A stretch of 63,741 nucleotides of DNA, counting the filler, from Chrysochromulina tobinii (lineage: Eukaryota), in NCBI GenBank assembly GCA_001275005.1. It is 7 parts of 7 records of this genome, joined end to end, with 100 filler letters (N's around TTAATTAATTAA, not from the genome) between each part and the next. Parts side by side here need not be neighbours in the genome. Positions count along the whole stretch, not along the records: positions 53,742 to 58,142 come from JWZX01001427.1; positions 58,243 to 60,879 come from JWZX01001428.1; positions 60,980 to 63,741 come from JWZX01001454.1; 4 more parts are not named here. The stretch is one strand, 5' to 3'. Positions 53,642 through 63,741 of the stretch are shown here, piece by piece. The position numbers were made by a program, and so were the translations under genes. Each line of letters begins with the position of its first letter. The first letter of the stretch is position 1. Under the pieces are notes generated by a model that made no database searches, was not told the origin of the DNA, and saw only the letters and a program-made list of their open reading frames with translations.

Positions 53642-53741
53642 NNNNNNNNNNNNNNNNNNNNNNNNNNNNNNNNNNNNNNNNNNNNTTAATTAATTAANNN
53701 NNNNNNNNNNNNNNNNNNNNNNNNNNNNNNNNNNNNNNNNN
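53642..53741. other. Artificial contig linker
   Basis: N44-TTAATTAATTAA-N44. Confidence 0.99.
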
Positions 53742-53893
53742 ATCCGTTCTGCCGGGGTGCCCATGGATGTCTCATGCCCGTCATCGTAGATGTGTCGACC
53801 CATCCGGCGTGAGCTGTGAATGGTCGCCTCGGTAGGAGTTTGGCCCAGGTAGGACCCCCGAGAGGCCGGCGTGAGTCGAGACGGAGGACGTTG

Positions 53894-56800
53894 TTAGAGG
53901 AGGCGCGGCGGCCCCGCTTTCCTGACGCGTCGTTTGACCGACGCGTCGGTCAGGGCGGCTGCGACAGTGTCGTGCGTGGCGGGGTAATGGTGCCCCTCGC
54001 ACTCCACGATGTAGGTGTGCTTGGAGAGGTTGCCCGCCGCGAACGTGTACGCACCTGCGTACGCGACGACGCGTGCGTCCGAGTACTCTCCGTCGTCCCA
54101 GCCCCAAAATGAGTTGTGTAGACGAACTGATTGCCCGACGACGCCCCAACTTTCCTCGCCTGCTTGGGCGAGCGCGACGTGGTCCCCTATGTTGTAGAGA
54201 ACTCGCTTGGCGTCCGGTTCGGCGGTGCCCTTCGCTACGTCGCCTGTGGCAGGGGTGGCGCGGCGTTTGCCGTGCTTGGCGCCGCCCCCGACCGTCGGAT
54301 TCTCTCGCGCGGTGCGGCCTGCCTTGGCCGTGCGGGCTGCCTCGGCGTCAATGGCCGCGAGAGTGGCCTCGTTCTCGGCAAGCACGGCTGTAGGGTCAAC
54401 CTCGGGAAGGTCCTCGGGCGCAGTGCCGTCGGACTCGACGTGCATGTCCGTGGCCATGTCGACGTAGTCGGCGTACCGTTGGGCTTCCATGCGAGCGTAG
54501 ATACGCATGGCCTCGGGCGTCTTCCACCGGACGAGCGACTGGATGACGCCCTCGATGGCGTCGACGGGGATGCCGTCGGTTCTGGCCCCGCGTCGCGCGT
54601 ACAGGCGGGTAGCGATGGTGATGCGACAGCTGTGCCATGAACGCTTCGCTGCCTCCGTTTCCGTCATTACCTTGGGCAGGAGCGAGTGGAGCAGCGCGTC
54701 CGCCTGTTTGCCGGTGAAGGGCCTGTTGTCTCCGGTCGGCGAGAAGGCGGGCCACCAGGAGCGCTCGCGCTCGGGGCATGGGTGTGCCATTTCCCATTGT
54801 TGCCAGTGTCGCGCGAAGTTGAGGGGGTTCTTGTCATCGTAGCGGAACCACATGTCGCGCCCGCCCCATTCAATGTTGAGGCGGTCGCACTTGGAGGGGG
54901 CGGACTTGCCCCTTAGGAGGTCGCCGTTCTTGCGAGAGGCGATGACCTCGGGGGAGCTCGGTAGGTCGTTGCCGTCCTTGTCGACCCATGCGAAGCTCGC
55001 GCGGCGTACGAATGAGTCGCCCTCGAAGGAGGCGGTCCACTCGTCCTTCCGTGCGCCCGTGGAGAGCGCGTAGCCGAATGCCGTGAGGACCGCCATCCGT
55101 AGAACGTCGCTCCACGCGGTGAGGGTCGTCACCGGCCTCGTGAGGAGCGCGAGGATCTCGAGCACGTGCCGGCTCGAGAAGGGCTGCTTGCGGTTCGGTA
55201 TGAAGGCCTCGTCGCCCCAGCGTGCCTTGTACCGCGCGCAGATGCCCTTGAGCACGCCCCGTACCTCGGTGAGGTCGGGCGTGTATCGCCCGCAGTCGCG
55301 CATGACGCGCCTCCAGCCGTAGAGGGCGAGCAGCGCGCTCGTGGGCATGCCTTGCCCGTACCCTGCGCGCCGTCGCCGTGCGGACGGGGCGATCATCTGG
55401 GCGATCCAGACGAGCGCCAGGATGGCGAACCATACTTCGCATAGTACGTCGGTGGAGGTAGAGACGGAGCGCGGTCGCATCCACGGGTTGTTGGTGGCTT
55501 CTGCGAAGCGCCGGACCCACGTGAACCCCCACTCGTCGGCCCCTGTCGTTCCGTGGGGGATGCCCGCATCGCGTGCCTCCGCGGCGTCGATGATGATGCC
55601 GCGGAGGAGGTCGGGTCGATCGGGGCAAAGCGCATACTGCGATTCGTGTGTAGTCAGCCTGTGTGCGACGTCGTGGGCGGCCTGCCGCCGCGCCTCCGCG
55701 GCGGTCTTAGGCTGCGGTGACCTCGATCGAACTTGGGGGTACGCCGCGATCGCCTGGTCGATCGCCTCCGTGGAGGCGGCGACGTGCTGCCGGCGGGGGG
55801 AACCGCGGCGTGCGAGCGCGTCGATGACGTCGTCGCACGCGGCTGCCCCGGGCAACGAAGAGCGGGCGAGGGGCCGGCGTGTGGCGCCGGCCATCGCAAA
55901 CGGAGGCGATGGCGCCGCGGCTGTGGCTGCGCAGTGCGGAGCGAGCCGCGGCGAGGCCCGTCGCAGCGGCGCGGGCGTCGTGCCCAAAGTGGGGTGTTCC
56001 CTGGCCGTCGGCGGCGGTCGGGGCGCACTTACGAGTGGGGGCGGTGACGCTGCCGCCGCGCCCTGGGCGTTGGGCATGTCGCCGATCATGCTGGGGTTGT
56101 GCGTCCCCCTTGTGGTCGCATGTGCCATGGTGTATGCGTCCCAGGTCGCTTCGACGGCTGCGCGGAATTCGTCCCATGATGATGAGCGCTGAGCCTGCGC
56201 GGTGTCGTCGAGCGTGTCTCGAGGGTGTGCGTACGGCGGCGTCCATCGATCAGTGCGCTCCCGCGGGGGGGGCGCTACGGGGGGCGCGCTGCGCCCTCGG
56301 GGCGTGTTTTTGGCCGTGAGCGCGCGTAGGTCGCTGCTCAGGTCGTCGTAGCCGCTCGACGTGTGCGTCGTGGACTCGTCCGTCTCGAGCCAGGGAGCAA
56401 GCTGTGCGAGGAGTTCGTCGTCGATGCCCATCTCCTCGTCAGGGGGGCCGCCTTGAGGCGCGAGGATTGTGTTAATCCGTGTGCGTTTGGGCGTACGCGG
56501 TGTCGCACCTGTCATTGCGCCCTTAGAGACCGCCGTGCTCGGAGGGGAAGGCGGGAAGGTCGGCGGCGGCGTTGCGGCGGGCACGCCCGCGCGCAGACGT
56601 TCGTCTCCGAGTGAGACCAGGCTGTTGACGGCGGAGACCTCGTCGGGTGAGCATGCCGATGGGGGTCCGTCCGATTGGCTGCTGGAGCCGGCTTGCCCCG
56701 TTGGCACCGTCGCTGCCGCTTCCGCGCTCGCCTCGGCGAGGATGCATGCCTCGATTTTGTCGACCCATTGTTCGCAGGTGCGCTGGGGGCAGCCGTAGGC

Positions 56801-58142
56801 GGCGCCGGCCTGCGCTGGCGAGGCAAAGAGGTGCGGCCTGCGTAAGAAGCGGCACGCCGCTTGCACGGCGGTGAGGGCGGACGTCTTGATCCTCCCTGAG
56901 CCTGTCCGTTGGGCGATCATGACGGACCAGCGCGCGATCTCGATGGTGTCAGGTGCGTCGCTGTGCAGGGCGCCGTCGAGCAAGTCGAGGAGCTCGGCCA
57001 TTGAGTACTGAGCGATGGGCATGTCACCCGTCATGCTCAGATTGTGCGTGCCCCTTGACGTTGAGTGCCGGCTGCCTGTGGTGGACTCGTCATCAGATGC
57101 GTCGGAGTCGTTCAGGTCGAAGTGCGGCAGGCTCTCGAGCCTCGCTCGCCATTCGCCGCGCCTTAGCCCTAGCCATTCTTTAAAGACATGCATGACCTGC
57201 TCAGAGAGAAGTATGTCGATGCGACCTTGGCGATGCTCCGCGTCTTCGAGGCGCCGCCGTCGCGGGGCTCGTTCGACTGGATCGCATCTGCATTGGCACA
57301 TGCATCCGCAGCCGCAGCCGACGGGCCAGCACAGATCGCAGAAACGGCCCTCGTCAGGGTAGACTGGCAGTGGGCAGGCGGGGCAGGCACACCACGCTAT
57401 TGCCCCTTCTGGAAGCGGGGGGGGCGCCGTCCGAGCCAGCTCGCTGAGCTGGCCGCTTCTTGACGGGTCGCGGTCGACGCGGTGTCCAGGGCGTTCGCGT
57501 GGGGCCGCGTCTACCTCGGCGAGGCGGGCGCGCACCTCGTTGTGCGCGTTAGAGAGCCGCTCCTGCAGCTGTCTGTACTCCTCCTCGCGTGCGGGCAGCT
57601 GCGCGCGTGCGTCCTCGAGTTCGGCGCGAGCCCGGTCGCGCTCCACGCGAGCATCGTCTCGTTCGTCTCGCATTCTCCGACGGGCCACTCGGCGTGCCGC
57701 CCGTTGTTCGCGCTGCGACCTGGCGGCTTGCTGGAGTAGGGCGTCGATTCGAGCTTGCGCGGTGGCGGCGGCGCGCTCTGCCCGTCGTGCGTCGGCCGCG
57801 CGCGACTCTCGTTGGTCCCGCCACCATTGCGTCGGGTTCTGCCCAGCGGGGAGCCCGAGGGCGAGGGCGGTCGCGCGGCTCGCTGCGGCGGTGGCCCAGC
57901 CGGTCGTGCTGCCGTGCCGTGTCCCCTGGGCCGCGCTTGCAGCTTCCGCGCGCGTTTGCTGCTCGATTTCGAGCATCCATGTTCTGCACATGCTCTCCGT
58001 GCAGCGAGTTTCGCACACCTGCTCCGTATAGCTCGCCGCGAAACCGATCGAGGGGAACATGTGTGGCCTGCGTAGGCATCGGCACGCGGCTTGCACCGCG
58101 ACGACGATGAGGAGCGCGCTGTTATAGGGCCGCCGGTCGAGG
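53894..58142 (-). mobile_element. Tyrosine-recombinase element (DIRS/Ngaro/Crypton-like), intronless ORF of >1,400 aa, open at the 5' contig end
   Basis: YR catalytic residues R (STGARKDE, ~55050), K (SKCD), HxxR (HSCR, ~54623-54634), RW (~54525) and Y (AMRIY, ~54498), preceded by a helical core-binding region. No RT/RNase H in this contig. Confidence 0.85.
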
Positions 58143-58242
58143 NNNNNNNNNNNNNNNNNNNNNNNNNNNNNNNNNNNNNNNNNNNNTTAATTAATTAANN
58201 NNNNNNNNNNNNNNNNNNNNNNNNNNNNNNNNNNNNNNNNNN
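58143..58242. other. Artificial contig linker
   Basis: N44-TTAATTAATTAA-N44. Confidence 0.99.
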
Positions 58243-60879
58243 CAACCTCCAAGTCGATCGATCCTTTGTTGCCAGTGGAGACGTTCTCAATGCGACCACC
58301 GGTCCGGAGAGGCTCAACGCGGCAGTCGCGAAACAGAGCTCTGTGACGTGCCCTGCGACGGCCTTCAGCTGCCCGACCGCGACCTTGCGCAACAGCTCCG
58401 TCGAGGCTTCAGCACTCACGGGACTCCGCGCGGACGTGAGTCTCGCAGTGATGGCCAGCAATGTGCGTTTGGCCAACGGCGTGGCAGCGGACCTTTTCGT
58501 GACGCTCCTGGATACCTCTGATCTCATCGCGAGCCTCTCCGAAGCGACCCACGTGAACGTGAGCATCACCATATCTTCGCTGTATGCCCAGTACGTGCAC
58601 CCGCGTCTCGGCCTCATCATCATCCGGGGCAATCTCCCACCCCCACCGCCAGCGCGAGCGAGCGACGCGAGCGCCGCAACCATAGACGCGGTCACGACTG
58701 CTGTGACAACTGTAGTTGCAGCTGCCGTGGCTGCAGCGGTCGCAGGAGCTGTTGCCGGTTCCGTGGGTGGCGCCGCGGGCGGTGCTGCTGGTGGCGGTGC
58801 AGGTGGCGGCGGTGCAGGTGGCGGCGCCGGTGGCGGCGTGGCTCCGCTCATCTTTGGAGTGCAGCGCTTCAGCGCGTCTTCTGGGCTGGCCGCCAACCAG
58901 AGCGAGTTGCAGAGCGGAGTAGCTGGTGGCATGGGATGGGCCTCGGGGTCCTTTGGCGCCTTTGGCGGCAGCGGCGGCGGCGACGACGGTGGCGGCAGCC
59001 GGCGACGGCTATCCATCTGGCTGGCACGGCGGCTGGTTGACCTGAGTGAGAATGCAACCAGCAGCGACGCGGACATCAACGGGAGCAACACGGACGACTT
59101 CTTCGACTGTGTTGATTGGGGGCGGCGGCGGCTCAACGAAGGAGGTGGCGGGGAGGGGGGATCGGCAACAGAGTGTGGCGAGGACGCGCCGGACACGCTG
59201 GCCGCTCTCATCGACAACCTAGTGACGTTCGTCATGGCCATGTCGCTCGTCACGTCCATCCAAGTGTGCGTGCAGATCTACTGGATGAAGCGCATGAATA
59301 AGAAATACTACGAGCAGAAAGAGAAGGAACCGGACAAGTTTTCCATGGGCAAGGGCAGCCCGTTCAGGCCGCTTCCCGGCGTCTTCGTCTTTCCAAACAT
59401 GCAGAACCTCGTCATGTCACTCTTCGTCACCGGGCTGGTCAGGAAGTCCATAGAGCTGCTGCTGGACACGAATATCACGTGCACCATAGCCCAATGCCGC
59501 TGGCCGGGTCTCATCATCCTCGTCGTCGTTGGGCTGTTCTTTCTGTCGGGCTTCGTGACGCTGCTTCACTTTTGGTGGTATTACTCTGCGGACTCGTGGG
59601 AGTGGTTCGAGCCTGCGGATCTGTCAGAGGTGGATGATCCGGCGTTCTGGCTGGTCTCGAAGATACGCCTTCGGTGCTGTCCAGACAGAATCCGAGGCAA
59701 GAGATTCAACCTGGTGAATCGCGTACGCGGTGACTGGACCAAGTCCGAGGAAGACGTCGTGGAGCCCGACCGCACAGAGCGACTTCTCGCCCATCCGGTG
59801 GTGCTCCTCCGCCCACGTGCAGGAGATGCAATCGACGGCAATAAACTGCTCTGGCTCAACCGCGCCTCGGGTAGCTATGGGATCAGCGGCGTCTTGTACG
59901 AGTGGCTGCTCCTCCTCATTCAGCTGAGCATCGCGATCCTCACAGGCATCGGCCCTGCCATCGAGCCGGGCTCTCCTGAGGCCGACGCGCAGATGTACGC
60001 GGTGATCTGCCTGCAATATGGCATTGCAGTGTACACGATGTTTGGCGGCCCGTCCGCGGACCGCATCGACAACTTTGTGATCACCGCGCAGTACCTGACA
60101 GAGGGCACGTGCACGCTCCTGCTGCTCGTGTCGGGCTTCCCCGAGCTGTTCGATCTCCAGCCTCTGATTCAAATGGTTGTCTTCTTGCTGCTGCTCTTCG
60201 GGATGTTCATTCCCATCCTTGAAAAAGGGTACGAAGCCATCGTGGTGCAGCTGATCAAGTGCGTGTACAACATGGAGGAGATGTCAATCACGGAGTGCTG
60301 CATCGCCATTGTAGGCTTCCTTGCAGCCATCCCTAGCATGCTTGCGGCGCTGGTGGGCGTGGATGCCGGGGATGGCCTCATGGAGACGTTTGTTGAGAAA
60401 GTGGTCAACGCTGCCGCGGACGTGGCGGAAGAGGCCGCAGCCATCGCTGCTGTCATGGACAACCTTCTGTTCAACATGCGCCAAAAGTATGCGGCTAGCA
60501 AGTTCAACGCTGTGGCCAGAAAGCGACACGGGAAGAAGCAAAGAGCGGCCACGAAAGTTCAATCCAAGGTCCGGGCTCACCAAGTGCGCACCAGACAGCG
60601 GTGGCAAGGCGCCGGAGAAAGGGATCTGGCAGCCATCCTGATCCAAAGGGCCTTCCTCACCAAGAGGAACCTGAAACGCGAGGGCGTCTCGCTAAAAAGG
60701 GTGCTGATCAATCAGCTTCGGTACAGGACGGTCTTGAAATCACGCGTGGGCATTGGCTCGCACTGGACAAACGTTGGTCCTGAGAAGCCCTCGGCGGGCT
60801 CTGAGATATTTAGCAAGCGTCTCGCAGCTGCCCTGCGCACGAAGCAGGAGTTCAGCGACGAGGAAGTTGGCGCTTTTGA
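58243..60879 (+). CDS. Large multipass membrane protein with C-terminal IQ motifs (truncated at both ends)
   Basis: Ala/Gly-rich stalk, about 8 TM helices, IQ-like AATKVQSKVRAHQVR and AAILIQRAF. Confidence 0.75.
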
Positions 60880-60979
60880 NNNNNNNNNNNNNNNNNNNNN
60901 NNNNNNNNNNNNNNNNNNNNNNNTTAATTAATTAANNNNNNNNNNNNNNNNNNNNNNNNNNNNNNNNNNNNNNNNNNNN
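60880..60979. other. Artificial contig linker
   Basis: N44-TTAATTAATTAA-N44. Confidence 0.99.
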
Positions 60980-61375
60980 AAGGTGCACGTGCGAGTGGAG
61001 CGCGCGGGCGCGGAGGAGGCGAGCCTCGAGGTCTCGCTCAAAGGTCTCTCGACCGTCTCGGACCTCGGTGAGCTCCTGGCCAAGCAGATGGTCGAAGAGC
61101 TCAGCATCGAGGAAGCCTTCAAGCTGTACTACAAGGACGCGGAAGGGGACACGATGCTCGTGACGGCGTCCTCGTCGTTTTGCGATCTGATCTACTCAGA
61201 GCTCATTACGGCCAAGGTGGACGCGCTCTCGCTCCCCGCGCCCGCGCCCGCGGCGGCGGACGAGAGGAGGAAGAAGAAGAAGGACGACAAGGGCAAGAGC
61301 TCGCCCTCGTCCTCGTCGACCAGGCCGAAGAAGCCGAGCAAGCGCGTGGAGCCGAAGTGGGATGGAATTGAATGA
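60980..61375 (+). CDS. C-terminal PB1-domain fragment
   Basis: OPCA-like motif KLYYKDAEGDTMLV followed by a Lys-rich tail. Confidence 0.7.
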   Translation, partial: KVHVRVERAGAEEASLEVSLKGLSTVSDLGELLAKQMVEELSIEEAFKLYYKDAEGDTMLVTASSSFCDLIYSELITAKVDALSLPAPAPAAADERRKKKKDDKGKSSPSSSSTRPKKPSKRVEPKWDGIE

Positions 61376-62168
61376 CGCGGCAATCGACGAGATTGACGAA
61401 GTGTGACTGTGATTGACGAGCTGCGGCAATCGCGGAGCAGTGCGGCACAGATTGGCGCGATTGCCGCAATTGACGAGATTGATGAGGTGCGGCTATGATG
61501 GTGGCTGCTCTTTTCTACGTTGGCGACTTGGCGTGGGAGCAGCCGGGGGCGATTGCGCGAAGAGTCAGGTGATCTACTTCTGTTTGGGACGCGAGGGGCG
61601 AGGCCGAGCAGCGAGCAGGAGCTAGACTCACAAGACTGCCAGAGGGCGCGCCACGACCGGCCGCCGTTCCGGCTAGAAATGTATTTTTTTTTTGTCCATT
61701 ACTAGTACCCATACGTCGTGCTACGTGTCTGTGTACGATCTCGCGATAGTCGAGTCGATACGCGGCGTCTGTGCGTCAAGTGTCGAGTGTGCGTGATAGC
61801 TTTGGGTTCTCGTTCTTTGCGACGTCACGTGAAGGGCTGAAGGCCACGCACGATTGGATCAACCGCATGTGGCCAACCCGCAAGCACCCCGACGAACCAT
61901 CTACTACGCTCTCTACCGGGTACCTTGAACGAGCTCGAGCAAAAGTGCCGCGTCTGCCCTGAGGTTCCCCGTCGCCCGGCCGACCATGACCGCCACGCTC
62001 TGTACAGTACTAGGGACACGATCCCTATGCCTGGGTCCCCCGCTCCTCCCTCGCCACCACTGTGCGTTGCCGATGCACCTACACTGTGCGTTGCCGTTGC
62101 ACCTACTTATCCTTCCGTTCGCTCGGCGCGGAGCCGCCATCGATGCGCGAGATCGTCAGCAGCTGCGA

Positions 62169-63428
62169 TCAGTCCTGCACGCCGCAGCGCATGTTGGCTG
62201 GGACCGCAGCGTCGATCTTCTTGGGGTACGGCAGATTGAGGCCCGCCATCAGCTCGACGAACTCGCTCTTCGTCTTGGTGAGGCGCGGGTTGGTGGCCTT
62301 CTCGGCGCCGATCGTCGAGTAGCGCCGCCCTTTGTAGTCGTGCGCCGGGTAGACGAGCGTCGTATCGGGCATCGTGAAGAGCCTCGTGTGAACGGACTCG
62401 TACAGCGTCTCGGAACTGCCCCCCTGGAAGTCGGTCCTTCCACAGCCGCCGATGAGCAAAACGTCACCCGTGAAGACGACTTGCATGGTCGGGTCGTAGT
62501 AGCACACGCATCCGGCCGTGTGTCCGGGGGTCGCGATCACGCGGAGCCGCCGCTTGCCGTTGGCCCAGGTCACCTCCTCGCCGTCCTCAAGCAGGATGTC
62601 CGCGCTCGCGCCGGACGCGCGGCTGATGGCCGATCGAACCGGGATCTTGTCGTTGCCTAACTTGGCCTTGAGCAGACCGGAGCCGGTGATGTGGTCGGCG
62701 TGCGCGTGGGTATTGAGCGCGAGGACGAGGGTGCACCCAGCCTGCTGGATGGCCGCGAGGTCACGCTCCACCTGCTCAAGCACCGGGTCGATGATGATTG
62801 CCTCCTTGCTCTCGAGGTCAGTGAGTATGTAGGTAAGGGTGGACGAGCCACCTCCAGAGGGTGCGTCTTCATCAAACAGCTGCAGCACTCCACCGGGCAT
62901 CGGGATGATGACCTCGCCCTGCCTCTTTGCGAGCGCCTGCCACAGGTGCGCGTCGCCGGCTGGACCGCCGGCGTTGTAGACGTGCGAGTAGCCGGCTTCG
63001 AGTAGGTGCGCTGCCGTTGCGCCAGCACGCCGACCAGAACGACAATAAACGATCAGAACCGTCTCCTTGTCTGCGGGAAGGGCGCTTAGTGGGACCACGC
63101 CATCCTGCAGGGGCGCCGAAATCGCTCCGAGGAGCGCCCGGAACACACCATCGATGGCCTCCGAGGAGTTCGGCGGCCTCACGTCGACGAGCACTGCGCC
63201 GCCGTCGAGCGCCTCAACGAGGAGATTTGCGAGGCTAGAGCTGTCTGGCGGTGCCTCCATATGGTTCTGAGCCCACACGGAAGGTCCTGCTGCTGCTTCC
63301 AAATGGTTCTGAGCCAACACGGGACGTACCACGGGACGTACCAGGGGAACGGCGGGAAACATGGACTCAGACATCACCACCTCACCAATGACGTCATCGA
63401 GACCGAGGTCGGTGTCCTTGTCGCTCAT
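62169..63428 (-). CDS. Rhodanese-persulfide dioxygenase (ETHE1-like) fusion
   Basis: Rhodanese LVDVR...VYCRSGRRA; ETHE1 SST.TY, IIDPV, NTHAHADHITG, TPGHT, FTGD.LLI.GCGRTDFQGG, YPAHDY, ANMRCG. Confidence 0.93.
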   Translation of the reverse strand: MSDKDTDLGLDDVIGEVVMSESMFPAVPLVRPVVRPVLAQNHLEAAAGPSVWAQNHMEAPPDSSSLANLLVEALDGGAVLVDVRPPNSSEAIDGVFRALLGAISAPLQDGVVPLSALPADKETVLIVYCRSGRRAGATAAHLLEAGYSHVYNAGGPAGDAHLWQALAKRQGEVIIPMPGGVLQLFDEDAPSGGGSSTLTYILTDLESKEAIIIDPVLEQVERDLAAIQQAGCTLVLALNTHAHADHITGSGLLKAKLGNDKIPVRSAISRASGASADILLEDGEEVTWANGKRRLRVIATPGHTAGCVCYYDPTMQVVFTGDVLLIGGCGRTDFQGGSSETLYESVHTRLFTMPDTTLVYPAHDYKGRRYSTIGAEKATNPRLTKTKSEFVELMAGLNLPYPKKIDAAVPANMRCGVQD

Positions 63429-63587
63429 TAATGTTGGGTCCTACGAGGTCGCGGGGAGCAGCGGGGTTATGGGACTCGGAAGACTTCGCCGGGAGAGACG
63501 CGCACATTTAAGGCGCAGGTACTAAAAAAGAGTTTTTTTTACTTATTAATTCTTCAAACAACGAACGTCAATTGAAATTGAGGTTGT

Positions 63588-63725
63588 TGCTCAACCCGGA
63601 CTTATTTCGTGACGGTATGCTCAACCCGGACTTAGTAAGTCCGGGTTGAGCTAAGTCCGGGTTGAGCATATGGTTTGCGAAATAAGTCCGGGTTGAGCAT
63701 ATGGTTTGCGTGCTCAACCCGGATT
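63588..63725. repeat. Nested palindromic repeat cluster (MITE-like)
   Basis: GCTCAACCCGGACTTA unit: forward near 63588, 63618 and 63711 (variant); reverse at 63636, 63652 and 63683. Confidence 0.9.
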
Positions 63726-63741
63726 AGCTAGTGTGACCGTG

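Noticed and set aside
54870..56246. Overlapping ORFs in the YR element as RT/gag genes
   Set aside because: Arg-rich shadow translations lacking YxDD, RNase H or zinc-knuckle motifs.

Overview
Eukaryotic, GC-rich, gene-dense genomic DNA; no rRNA, tRNA or CRISPR array was seen. The window is seven contigs joined by artificial 100-bp linkers (44 N + TTAATTAATTAA + 44 N) at 13940, 25685, 35973, 53642, 58143 and 60880, so adjacency across linkers has no biological meaning. Gene content, proline-rich proteins and GCCTCTGAT-type intronic repeats suggest a haptophyte alga such as Chrysochromulina (inference). Recognisable genes: membrane-anchored GH45 and GH5 endoglucanases; a ~2,880-aa four-repeat cyclic-nucleotide-gated channel; MCT-1; a double-hotdog thioesterase; a RING protein; Rpp20; a TVP15-like protein; a nucleotide-sugar transporter; an FkbM-like methyltransferase; a GT77/XEG113-like transferase; an EEP phosphatase; an EF-hand protein; an LRR-multipass-HET receptor; type II DHQ synthase; a catalytically dead DDX3-like helicase; SerRS with a Dpy-30-like tail; a large tyrosine-recombinase element; and a rhodanese-ETHE1 fusion. 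Top signals: (1) most reconstructed introns contain a copy of the adjacent exon or splice junction, many also carrying a sense-oriented satellite made of the branch-point motif, which suggests a duplication-driven route to new introns; (2) an LRR + multipass + UIM + HET/TIR-like candidate immune receptor; (3) a YR mobile element with unusual accessory modules; (4) a pseudotetrameric CNG channel with an asymmetric filter. All gene models were read by eye and need RNA-seq and HMM confirmation.
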